A stretch of DNA of 64,000 nt from Thermoanaerobaculia bacterium (lineage in GTDB: Bacteria > Acidobacteriota > Thermoanaerobaculia > Multivoradales > JAHEKO01). Below the pieces are notes generated by a model that worked only from the letters and a program-made list of their open reading frames with translations, had not been told where the DNA came from and searched no databases. Shown one piece after another: positions 1-8,272 of the stretch; within the stretch, counting starts at the first letter, position 1, and the number at the start of each line of letters is the position of its first letter. The position numbers and the translations under genes were made by a program. The DNA lies in assembly GCA_049664225.1 (NCBI GenBank), contig JBATEX010000133.1, forward strand, positions 919-64,918, written 5' to 3'.

Positions 1-1
1 C

Positions 2-118
2 TACCAATCCATCCGCTCTGATCAGCGAGACGAGACCGTCAAGACCACTCTCGAAGTGGTCCGTATGAAGGACGGATGGAAGATCCTGCGACAGGCTAAT
101 TCCCGCTAGTCGACTCGC
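2..118 (+). CDS. 3' end of a gene truncated by the window edge (hypothetical; ...TTLEVVRMKDGWKILRQANSR*)
   Basis: Frame 2 is open from the window edge to TAG at 116..118 (39 codons). The 3' end overlaps the convergent tatD by 23 nt. No family assignment is possible. Confidence 0.3.
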
Positions 119-935
119 TCCGGTGCCTGGCGCCTCCGAGGAGTGCCTCTCCATAGAGGCGCAGAGAGTTGTCTCTCACAGCCTCCACCACCGCCTCCCG
201 ATGCACGCCCTTGAGCTCGGCCACCGCCTGCAGAGAGACTCCGAGGTTGGCGGGCTCGTTGCGCTCGCCCGGCTCCCTACCCAGAACAGGACTGTCGGTT
301 TCCAGCAGTAGATTCTGCAAGGGCACCTGCCGGACAAGCTTCTGTTTCTGACGCGACCGGACCACCGAAGGCGGCACCGAGAGAAAGAAGCCGGCCTCGA
401 TCGCCGGTTGGGCTTTGGCTGCACGACCATCGAAAGCATGGAGCTGTACTCTTCTTGCTCCGCACTGCAGCAGCAGCTCGATCGCCGGAGCACCGGCTGA
501 GCGGGAGTGGACATTGAGGGGCAGGTCGAGCTCCATGGCCAGCTCCACGAACCGCTCGAAGACCTGTCGCTGGATCTCCCTGTCCTCTGGCTCCTCTACT
601 TTCCAATGGTCGAGCCCAACCTCCCCGATGGCGATCAGATCTTCGACATGTCGTCGAATCCACAGCGCCAACGATTCTGCCTGGTCCAGATCCAGAATCG
701 TTGGGAACAGCCCTGCCGCGGGCCGAATGATCCAGGGATAGTCGTGAGCCAGGGCTAGATTGGCGCGCGCATCCTGCAGCGTCTCCCCGACCGCGATGAT
801 CGATTCGACCCCAGCATCTCTCGCTCGCTCGAGAACCTCACCACGATCCCCGTCGAACGCCGGGTCACAGAGGTGGGCGTGGGTGTCGAAGAGGCGGCGA
901 TCTCCAGCGGCGGACTCGGAGTCGATCTCGGTCAT
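96..935 (-). CDS. tatD: TatD-family metal-dependent hydrolase/DNase
   Basis: 279 aa. Has the N-terminal FDTHAHL motif and the HSR / HAFDG / ETDSP motifs typical of the TatD amidohydrolase fold. Confidence 0.88.
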   Translation of the reverse strand: MTEIDSESAAGDRRLFDTHAHLCDPAFDGDRGEVLERARDAGVESIIAVGETLQDARANLALAHDYPWIIRPAAGLFPTILDLDQAESLALWIRRHVEDLIAIGEVGLDHWKVEEPEDREIQRQVFERFVELAMELDLPLNVHSRSAGAPAIELLLQCGARRVQLHAFDGRAAKAQPAIEAGFFLSVPPSVVRSRQKQKLVRQVPLQNLLLETDSPVLGREPGERNEPANLGVSLQAVAELKGVHREAVVEAVRDNSLRLYGEALLGGARHRSESTSGN

Positions 936-970
936 TGACGATCACACTCTGGGGGGAGATCGGGCTCCCG

Positions 971-1840
971 TCACTCGATCTCAATCCGATCGGCACCCGA
1001 GTAGACATTGAATCGTCCATCGCGCAGGAAACCGACCAGCGTCATACCCATTTCCCTGGCTAGCTCCACTGCCAGGCTACTGGGTGCACCGACCGCTGCC
1101 AGAACCGGAATGCCAGCCAAGGCGGCCTTCTGGACCAGCTCGAAGCTGGCCCGCCCGCTCACCAGGAGGACGCGATCAGAACCGGGAAGCCCCTCTTCGA
1201 GCAGCAGGGACCCCACCACTTTGTCGACGGCGTTGTGTCGCCCCACATCCTCTCGCAGAGCCAGCAGCCGGCCCGTGCCGTCGAAGAGGCCGGCGGCATG
1301 CAGGCCACCCGTCTCGGAGAACACGGGTTGTGCCTCGCGCAGGGTAGCCGGCAACCGCACCAGCTGCTGTGGGTAGAGCCGAAAGTTGCCGATTGGGACT
1401 CGGGGACATGATATCTGAACCGCTTCGAGGGAGGCTCTGCCGCAGATCCCACAGCTCGAGGTAGTAAAGACGTGACGGCTGAGCCGTTCAGCATCGAACT
1501 CGACTCCCGGTCTCAAGCTGACCTCGACGACGTTGTCAGGATGCCGCGAAGAGTTGGCGTCGCAGTAGTCGATTCGCCATATGTCGCGATGGTGCTTCAG
1601 CATCCCTTCACCACTGAGAAAACCGGCCGCCAGCTCGAGGTCGTTGCCCGGGGTCCGCATGGTGACGGCTACACTGTGCCGCTGCCTCCGGCCCTCGATC
1701 TCAGCCACGACCCCAATCTCCAGAGGCTCCTCAACCGCCACAGAATCTGCCCGTTCAACAGACTCGTTCCCCTCCACTGCAACTACCCTGGCGGGTACCG
1801 TGGCTCCCGGAGCACCCTTGCGCTTGCGGTCGTCACCCAT
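971..1840 (-). CDS. fdhD: Formate dehydrogenase accessory sulfurtransferase FdhD
   Basis: SSCGICG cysteine motif, GGLHAAGLF and GRHNAVDKVVG motifs. Start placed at the internal ATG 1838..1840, which overlaps the mobA TGA by 1 nt (TGATG). The ORF-track extension to 2059 runs into mobA. Confidence 0.88.
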   Translation of the reverse strand: MGDDRKRKGAPGATVPARVVAVEGNESVERADSVAVEEPLEIGVVAEIEGRRQRHSVAVTMRTPGNDLELAAGFLSGEGMLKHHRDIWRIDYCDANSSRHPDNVVEVSLRPGVEFDAERLSRHVFTTSSCGICGRASLEAVQISCPRVPIGNFRLYPQQLVRLPATLREAQPVFSETGGLHAAGLFDGTGRLLALREDVGRHNAVDKVVGSLLLEEGLPGSDRVLLVSGRASFELVQKAALAGIPVLAAVGAPSSLAVELAREMGMTLVGFLRDGRFNVYSGADRIEIE

Positions 1841-2496
1841 CACGAACTCGAAACCTCTGAGGCCACTGCGGGGATGCCCTGTTGAAGGTCCCTTGGTGAG
1901 TTGATATTCACCAATAGGTCGGGTCGGTAAAAGGCCAGGTCGTGCGTGATCGGAATCGACGCCGTTTCGATCTCGGCCAGAAAGCGCCAGGCTTCCAGAC
2001 GACCGTCGCGTAGCCTCTCTTCGAGGGGCTCCCTGCACGACGCCGAGTAGAGTCCGCACAGGGGCTGCTGCCGCCCCTTCCAGACCGCGACTCTGGCTCG
2101 TGGATGAGCCCAGGCTTCGTCTCCTGCCGAGGCTCGAGGCTTCTGCTCGGTGCTCCAGTCCGCAACATGTTCGACGAGGTCGACACTGACGAATGGCAGA
2201 TCACAGGCGACAACGAACACGGGACGCGAGCGGGCCCACTCGAGGGCAGCATGAATCCCGGCCAGCGGACCGAGCCCCTCGAACCGATCGTGGATCACGG
2301 GTACACCGAGCTCTCCATAGGACCGGCCACCGACCGTGACCACGACGACTTCGGACATAACCTCCTGCAGTACTTCGAACGGGTGCAGAAGCAGCGCCTT
2401 TCCCAACCATGGCAGCAGAGCCTTGTCCCGCCCCAACCGGCGGCTCTCGCCCCCGGCCAGAACGGCACCGACTACAGAGGTCTTCAAGCTTGGCAT
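1840..2496 (-). CDS. mobA: Molybdenum cofactor guanylyltransferase MobA
   Basis: VGAVLAGGESRRLGRDKALL nucleotide-binding motif near the N-terminus; about 218 aa. Start could instead be 2553. Confidence 0.82.
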   Translation of the reverse strand: MPSLKTSVVGAVLAGGESRRLGRDKALLPWLGKALLLHPFEVLQEVMSEVVVVTVGGRSYGELGVPVIHDRFEGLGPLAGIHAALEWARSRPVFVVACDLPFVSVDLVEHVADWSTEQKPRASAGDEAWAHPRARVAVWKGRQQPLCGLYSASCREPLEERLRDGRLEAWRFLAEIETASIPITHDLAFYRPDLLVNINSPRDLQQGIPAVASEVSSS

Positions 2497-2642
2497 CGAG
2501 CTGGGAGATGTTAGCAGAGGGCCAGCAATGCGGGGCCCTCCACTGCGTCGCAATATGGGCCCATGCTACGATAGCCGTGAATTGCCAATCGACCCGGTCC
2601 CGACTTCAGGAATCGACGATTCAGAGCCGGAGAGCCTGCCTC

Positions 2643-3011
2643 ATGCGAATACTGGTAGTCGACGATGATGACCAGATCCTCCAGCTCGTTACTGCGATGC
2701 TGGAGCTCGAAGGTCATGCCGTGGAGACTGCGAGCAATGGTGTCGACGCTCTCCTCCGGGTCGGGGACAATCGGCCCGAGGCCATCCTGCTCGACATCGT
2801 CTTACCACAAATGGATGGCGCCACGGTCGCCCAGAAGCTGCGAGAGGATCCCGGCACAGCCAAAATCCCGATCGTCTTTCTGACCGGCTTGGTGGACAGC
2901 GACGAGGTCCGGCGGCGAGGACCGATCATCGGCGGTCAGTACTTCCTGGCCAAGCCCTTCGACGCCCAGCGACTCTTCAACGTGCTGATGCTGGCGACCG
3001 AAAAGGCCTGA
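2643..3011 (+). CDS. Single-domain (CheY-like) response regulator receiver protein
   Basis: MRILVVDDDD..., phospho-acceptor context ILLDIVLPQMDG, and conserved T (FLTG) and K (AKPF). 122 aa with no output domain. ATG at 2643 verified in the DNA. Confidence 0.88.
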   Translation: MRILVVDDDDQILQLVTAMLELEGHAVETASNGVDALLRVGDNRPEAILLDIVLPQMDGATVAQKLREDPGTAKIPIVFLTGLVDSDEVRRRGPIIGGQYFLAKPFDAQRLFNVLMLATEKA

Positions 3012-3073
3012 GTGACGAACGGAGAGCCTGGAAGCCGGTGAGGTACCCTGCCTTACCGAGGCTTGCACTCGAG

Positions 3074-3850
3074 TTACAGCTCCGGCAATGCCTGAACTGC
3101 TGACTCCTGCTCGGCAGGATGGCCCTCGGCCTGCTCGAGCATGTACTCGACCTGACGACGGGCCTCGTCTGCCAACTCTCGTCGATCCTCCAAGGTCAGC
3201 TGTGCAGTCGGAATCGGCTCGCCGATGGAAACCCGAATCAGTCCGGGCCGAGGCGAGAACCCATCCGCTGGCAGCACTCGCTCACTTCCAGAAATGCCCA
3301 CGGGTACGACCGGTACACCGGCCTTGATCGCGGCGACGAAGCTGCCGGTCTTGAACGGGAGCAGCTGGCCACTTCGGCTGCGGGTGCCCTCTGGGTAGGA
3401 GGCCATGCTGGCACCTTCCTCCAGCAGCTCGGACATGAGCTCGACACTGGTCCTCGAGGCCTCGCTGTCGGATCGATCGATGAAGACCATACCCATCGCA
3501 GCTGCGTAGAGACCCAGAAACGGGATCTTTCGGACTTCCTTCTTGGCCAGGAATCGGAGGTTCGTCGGTACGCCGCCGACCAGGGCCGGAATGTCGTAGA
3601 ACGAGCGATGATTGGCGACGAAGAGCGCCGGCTTGGAGAAATCGTTGAGCGGCGAGATCTTGACCTCCAGGCGGGCTCCCACGGTCCACAATGCCACCGG
3701 CAGCCAGAGTTTCCGGGCGATGGTCAAGGGGAGCTTGGGGCCTCCGGTCACGAGTCGCGCTGCGATCGCGACCGTAACCCAGAAAGCGGTCCACAAGAAC
3801 AGGAACACTGCCTGCAGACCGTTGATCAGGCGCCAGGCGAATCTCTGCAC
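3074..3850 (-). CDS. plsC: 1-acyl-sn-glycerol-3-phosphate acyltransferase (LPLAT family)
   Basis: HX4D motif NHRSFYD and the PEGTRS motif, with N-terminal TM helices. Confidence 0.88.
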   Translation of the reverse strand: MQRFAWRLINGLQAVFLFLWTAFWVTVAIAARLVTGGPKLPLTIARKLWLPVALWTVGARLEVKISPLNDFSKPALFVANHRSFYDIPALVGGVPTNLRFLAKKEVRKIPFLGLYAAAMGMVFIDRSDSEASRTSVELMSELLEEGASMASYPEGTRSRSGQLLPFKTGSFVAAIKAGVPVVPVGISGSERVLPADGFSPRPGLIRVSIGEPIPTAQLTLEDRRELADEARRQVEYMLEQAEGHPAEQESAVQALPEL

Positions 3851-3895
3851 TGCAATCGAATGGTACCGCAGACCGGATCTTTCTGGGACCCGACC

Positions 3896-5578
3896 ATGAG
3901 CAGGCGCCGTGTTACTATCGAACGCCGCTCAACAGCCTATTCCGCACCTCAACCGGATGAGAACTTGGCACCCTTCTGCGAACCGATAGTCGACGCACGT
4001 CGGCGGCGAGCCCATTGGCGCAGCGTTGCACTTTGGGCCGCTCCCCTGTTGCTTTCTGGGGTCTTGCTCGAGGCCGCTGCCGATCTCACCGCACAGGTGC
4101 CGGTCGAGACAATCCAGCTCGACAACGGCATGAGAATTCTGCTGGTCGAGAGACCTGAAACGACCACCATCGCAGCCGGCTGGGTGGTCGAGGTCGGATC
4201 GGCCGACGAGGCTCCAGGCAAGACAGGCCTGAGCCACCTACTCGAGCATCTGATGTTCAAGGGGACGAGAACTGTCGGTACCCGCGACATCGAGAGGGAG
4301 ATGGTCCTCCTCGACCGGGAGGACCGACTCCAGTCCGAGTTGCGCGAGCTCAGGTCGGCGCTTTCAGACGCTGCAACGAAGAAGCGTGCCAAGCTCGAGC
4401 AGCGAATTGCCGATTCCGAGGCGCAGCTACGACTCCTCCAGGCCGAGGCTCGTTCTCAAGCCCTTCTCGGTCAGTTCTCGCTCTTCTACTCCCGGCTGGG
4501 TGCGGTAGGACTCAACGCTCATACCCTTCGTGACCTGACGTTCTACTACGTCACCGTGCCGGCGGAGAAGCTAGAAGCCTGGTTTTGGCTGGAGTCCGAC
4601 CGAATGTCGGAGCCCGTCCTCCGGGAGTTCTACAAGGAGCTCGATGTCATCCACGAAGAGCGCCGTCTGCGCATCGAATCCAATCCTACCGGGTCCGCCG
4701 ACGAGCAGCTGAAGTCGGAGTTCTGGGGCCGGCACCCCTATGCCTGGGATCCACAAGGGGCTCCCGAGGATCTGGAAGGGCTGACCCGGGAATCGGCCCG
4801 GCTCTTCTTCCGACAGCACTACGCGCCAGAGCGCATCACGGCGGCCCTGGTCGGGGCCTTCGATCCCGAGCAGGTCCGCGGACTCGCCGAGAGGTACTTC
4901 GGACGCATCCCACCTCGCGAAGCCAGCCCCCGCATCCGGGTGCCTCTGCCAGCGCCCGACGACTTTGCAGGAGGACGCACCCTGACCCTCGAATGCCGAT
5001 GCCCATCACGAGTGCAGGTTCTCTACCCCTCCGCAGCCTTCGGGGACGCCGACTCTCGCGCTCTGGAGGTTCTGGCAGCCGTACTCAACGGGCGGTCCGG
5101 CAGGCTCTATCGCACAATGGTCCTCGGCAGGCAGATCGCGTTCTCGGCCTCTGCACAGCAGAATCAACTGCGTCAGGCTGGATATTTCGCCTTTCAGGCC
5201 GAAACCAAGGGATCTTCGCGCCCCGAAGACCTCTTGACTGCCTGGGACCAGGAGGTGGCCAAGCTCAAGACAGAGCTGGTGACAGCCGAAGAGCTCCTGC
5301 GGGCAAAGAACCGACTGACAGCCGACTCGTTTCGGCGGCTCAAGGAGCCTGCATCTCTTCTCGTCCAGCTCCTCGTCTACCAGGGCATGGGCGACTGGAG
5401 GGAGATCAACTCCTGGCCCCGCCAGGTGCTTCAGGTCGAGAGCGAGCAGGTACGAGCCGCGGCCAGACGCTATCTCGAGCCCGGCGGAAGAATCGTCGCC
5501 TTCTATCGTCGGACGGATGGCGGCGATCGACCGGCGGTCTCTGGGCCGCAAGGTATCGAAGGCGGGGCGGCACCATGA
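3896..5578 (+). CDS. M16-family zinc peptidase (insulinase/pitrilysin-like), active-type subunit
   Basis: Inverted zinc motif HxxEH in GLSHLLEHLMFKGT and a signal-like N-terminus. Start taken at ATG 3896; the ORF-track start at 3119 is antisense to plsC. Confidence 0.85.
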   Translation: MSRRRVTIERRSTAYSAPQPDENLAPFCEPIVDARRRRAHWRSVALWAAPLLLSGVLLEAAADLTAQVPVETIQLDNGMRILLVERPETTTIAAGWVVEVGSADEAPGKTGLSHLLEHLMFKGTRTVGTRDIEREMVLLDREDRLQSELRELRSALSDAATKKRAKLEQRIADSEAQLRLLQAEARSQALLGQFSLFYSRLGAVGLNAHTLRDLTFYYVTVPAEKLEAWFWLESDRMSEPVLREFYKELDVIHEERRLRIESNPTGSADEQLKSEFWGRHPYAWDPQGAPEDLEGLTRESARLFFRQHYAPERITAALVGAFDPEQVRGLAERYFGRIPPREASPRIRVPLPAPDDFAGGRTLTLECRCPSRVQVLYPSAAFGDADSRALEVLAAVLNGRSGRLYRTMVLGRQIAFSASAQQNQLRQAGYFAFQAETKGSSRPEDLLTAWDQEVAKLKTELVTAEELLRAKNRLTADSFRRLKEPASLLVQLLVYQGMGDWREINSWPRQVLQVESEQVRAAARRYLEPGGRIVAFYRRTDGGDRPAVSGPQGIEGGAAP

Positions 5579-7092
5579 ACGGCAGGCTCATCGGGCCGGC
5601 CGGTGCGCTGTGGCTTGCCTGTGGCGTGGTTGTGTTCTCGGCGGAGCAGCCCTCCATTCCAAGCAGCCCTCTCGCGTTGAGCTTCGACGAGCGTGAGATC
5701 CAGCTGCCAACAGCTGAGGGTCGTCGCCGAGATATCCACAAGGGCACCGTCGTCTATCTTGCCGAAGACCACACCCTGCCCCTGGTGGAGGTCGCGGTCG
5801 CCCTCCGAGCGGGCTCGTTTCTCGAGCCACCTCTCCAGGCTGGTCTCGCCTCCTTGACCGGCGCTCTCGTGAGGCGGGGTGGTACCCGGCTGCGCTCCGC
5901 CGACAGTTTCGATGACAGGGTCGATGAACTTGGAGCTCGCATCACATCTTTCGCCGGCTTCACCCGCAGCGCGGCCAGTCTGAGCGTGCCCACCTGGGCC
6001 CTCGACGAAGCCCTGGATCTGTTCTTCGAAGTGCTCTCCTCGCCCGTCTTTCAGGAGGACCGCCTCGAAAGCGTCAAGACCAACCTGCGGGAGAGCATGA
6101 GTCGGCGGAATCAGGATCCTCTGGACATCCTCGAAAGAGAATGGCAGTGGCTTGTCTTCGGTCGGCGGCACTTCTCAACCAGGCCGCTCACGCCCAGCAG
6201 CCTGGAAGCCATGGACACCCAAGCCTTGATTCGGTTCCAGCAGACCTATTGGCGACCGGAGAACCTCATATTCGCCGTTTCTGGCGACTTCCAAGTCGAC
6301 ACACTCCTGGCCTCTCTCGAAGAGAGAATCGCCCGGTGGTCGAGCCATCAATCCGCTCAAGCTGACAGCAGGTCGATTCCCTGGCCTCCCGAGGGCCCGA
6401 GCTTCGGTCCGACGCCGGGTCTCTATCACTACGAAGCCGATTTCCCCCAGGCCAAAGTCGCTCTCGGCGCGAGGCTTGCCCAGGAAGTGCCATGGGACTC
6501 CGAGGACCGTTTCGCCCTCGAGGTCCTCGGTGAGATTCTGGGTGGTTCCGGAGCCATCTCTCGCGTCGCTGGCCGACTGCGAACTGCCGAAGGCCTCGTC
6601 TACCGGGCTTCCGCTCGACTCGATCCCGGCGAGCTCTGGGTAGGGGACTTCCAGGTATTCTTCGACACGAGCAGCTCTCAGGTAGCGCGCGCAGTCGAGC
6701 TGAGCCTCGAGGAGGTAAATCGAATCCTCACGGAGCCGGTGCACACGACAGAGCTGGAGGTCGCCAAACTGACTCTCCTTGGGAAGTTGCGACTTTCCTT
6801 CGACACCGCCGAGGAAATCGCCGGCCTGCTGGCCGAAAACGAGCTCTTGCAGCGGCCTTACGACTATTGGGACCTCTACCTGCGGGGAATCGAGGCCACG
6901 ACCGCCGACGACATCTTGCGGGCGGCCAGCATCTACCTACTACCTGATCAGCTCCTCTACCTCGTTGTAGGCCGTTGGCACGACATCGCCCAGGGTGCGC
7001 CAGAAGGGAAGTCGCAACTCGAGAAGGTCACTCGCCATCGAGTCCGACACCTGCCAGCTCGGGATCCTCTGACCCTGAGAGATCTGGAGTGA
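5575..7092 (+). CDS. M16-family peptidase paralog lacking the HxxEH motif (likely non-catalytic partner)
   Basis: Its ATG 5575 overlaps the upstream TGA (ATGA). M16-like length and layout with a signal peptide, but the HxxEH position reads LASLTGALVRRGGT. Confidence 0.8.
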   Translation: MNGRLIGPAGALWLACGVVVFSAEQPSIPSSPLALSFDEREIQLPTAEGRRRDIHKGTVVYLAEDHTLPLVEVAVALRAGSFLEPPLQAGLASLTGALVRRGGTRLRSADSFDDRVDELGARITSFAGFTRSAASLSVPTWALDEALDLFFEVLSSPVFQEDRLESVKTNLRESMSRRNQDPLDILEREWQWLVFGRRHFSTRPLTPSSLEAMDTQALIRFQQTYWRPENLIFAVSGDFQVDTLLASLEERIARWSSHQSAQADSRSIPWPPEGPSFGPTPGLYHYEADFPQAKVALGARLAQEVPWDSEDRFALEVLGEILGGSGAISRVAGRLRTAEGLVYRASARLDPGELWVGDFQVFFDTSSSQVARAVELSLEEVNRILTEPVHTTELEVAKLTLLGKLRLSFDTAEEIAGLLAENELLQRPYDYWDLYLRGIEATTADDILRAASIYLLPDQLLYLVVGRWHDIAQGAPEGKSQLEKVTRHRVRHLPARDPLTLRDLE

Positions 7093-7140
7093 AGGTCGGC
7101 CCCTAGAACCCTCCCGCCCCGATCAACGTAAGTGCTCTCG

Positions 7141-8253
7141 ATGAAACCCTTCAAGATCTTCACCATCCGCACGATCCTGGTTGCAGGCATTCTCAGTACC
7201 CTGCCTTGGCAAGCGGGATCTGAGCCCAGATCGGGCACTCCGCTCGCGACCGGGAACGGCCTCTCGGAAGAGGCCTTCATGAGGGGAATGATCGTCTCGT
7301 GCCCCCGCGCCGGACAGATCTGGGGCTCACCCTCGATGGTCGACGCCCTCGACCAACTCGAGGAGCTCGGGGTCGATTGGATCGCGATTCATCCCTACGC
7401 CAGGGTCAGCCGCGACGGAGCCGTGGGCAGCCGTCCAGCCAGCGAAGTCGCCTACCTCGAGCGTGCCGTCGAGATCGCCCGCACCGCTGGTATGCGGCTG
7501 TTCTGGAAACCCCATCTGGCCTATTGGGGCAGCTTCGAATGGCGTGGGGACATCGAGTTCGGCACGGATGAGGCAGCCTGGCGGCGTTTCTTCGACAGCT
7601 ATCAGGGCTTCATCGTCGACCAGGCTCGCTTCGCCCAGAGGAGCGGCGTCGAAATCTTCGCCATCGGCGTAGAGTACGAGAAGACCACGCATCGAGAACA
7701 GGACTGGCGGCGGATCATCTCGGCGGTTCGAGAGGTCTACGACGGCTCGGTAACCTATGCCGCCAATTGGGACTCTCTCGACAGGGTCCCATTCTGGGAT
7801 GCCCTGGATTGGATTGGGGTTCACGCCTACTTCCCATTGAGTCTCGATCAAGACCCCAGTCGAGAGAACCTGTGGCAGGGATGGAACGAACCCCTTCGAC
7901 AACTCTCGTCTCTTTCATCGAAGTATCGGGACAAGCCGATCTTCTTTGCCGAGATCGGCTACAGCCGATCCCACAGTGCGGCCCGTGAGCCATGGAGCCC
8001 TGGACTGGAGGACAACCCGCAGGCACTGCTGTTGCGACAGAGGCTCATCGAGGTCGCCCTGGAGCGCATCGAGGAGCAGCCCTTCGTGCGCGGCATGTTC
8101 TGGTGGAAGTGGATCCCCGGCCCGGACCCATGGGATCGAGACTTCTCGATGAAGGACCCCGAGGCCCGGCACGCCCTCGGCAGGTACTGGGTCACTGATC
8201 GAGCAGACGAGGCTTCCGGCGACCGGAGTGTCACAGCGGGATCGAACGAGTAG
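7141..8253 (+). CDS. Secreted TIM-barrel glycoside hydrolase-like protein (clan GH-A-like)
   Basis: Signal peptide MKPFKIFTIRTILVAGILS. Candidate acid/base IGVEYE and nucleophile FFAEIGYS motifs, plus FWWKW. The family is not identified with certainty. Confidence 0.55.
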   Translation: MKPFKIFTIRTILVAGILSTLPWQAGSEPRSGTPLATGNGLSEEAFMRGMIVSCPRAGQIWGSPSMVDALDQLEELGVDWIAIHPYARVSRDGAVGSRPASEVAYLERAVEIARTAGMRLFWKPHLAYWGSFEWRGDIEFGTDEAAWRRFFDSYQGFIVDQARFAQRSGVEIFAIGVEYEKTTHREQDWRRIISAVREVYDGSVTYAANWDSLDRVPFWDALDWIGVHAYFPLSLDQDPSRENLWQGWNEPLRQLSSLSSKYRDKPIFFAEIGYSRSHSAAREPWSPGLEDNPQALLLRQRLIEVALERIEEQPFVRGMFWWKWIPGPDPWDRDFSMKDPEARHALGRYWVTDRADEASGDRSVTAGSNE

Positions 8254-8272
8254 GGCCCGTGCGACTCGAAGA

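Noticed and set aside
3036-3058. 8-bp hairpin (CGGTGAGG-taccctg-CCTTACCG) between the convergent response regulator and plsC genes, as a bidirectional terminator.
   Set aside because: It has a short stem with a G-U pair and no U/A tracts on either side, so it is too weak to call.
3119-3895. 5' extension of the 819-aa ORF (and likewise 4585..5574 of the 835-aa ORF).
   Set aside because: These parts run antisense to plsC or out of frame through the first M16 gene, and show Arg/Gly/Pro-rich junk composition typical of high-GC shadow ORFs. Recognisable M16 sequence begins only at 3896 and 5575.
3966-3979. Sigma-54 promoter-like TGGCAC-CCTTC-TGC.
   Set aside because: The GG-to-GC spacing is one nucleotide short of the -24/-12 consensus, and the site lies inside the M16 peptidase CDS.
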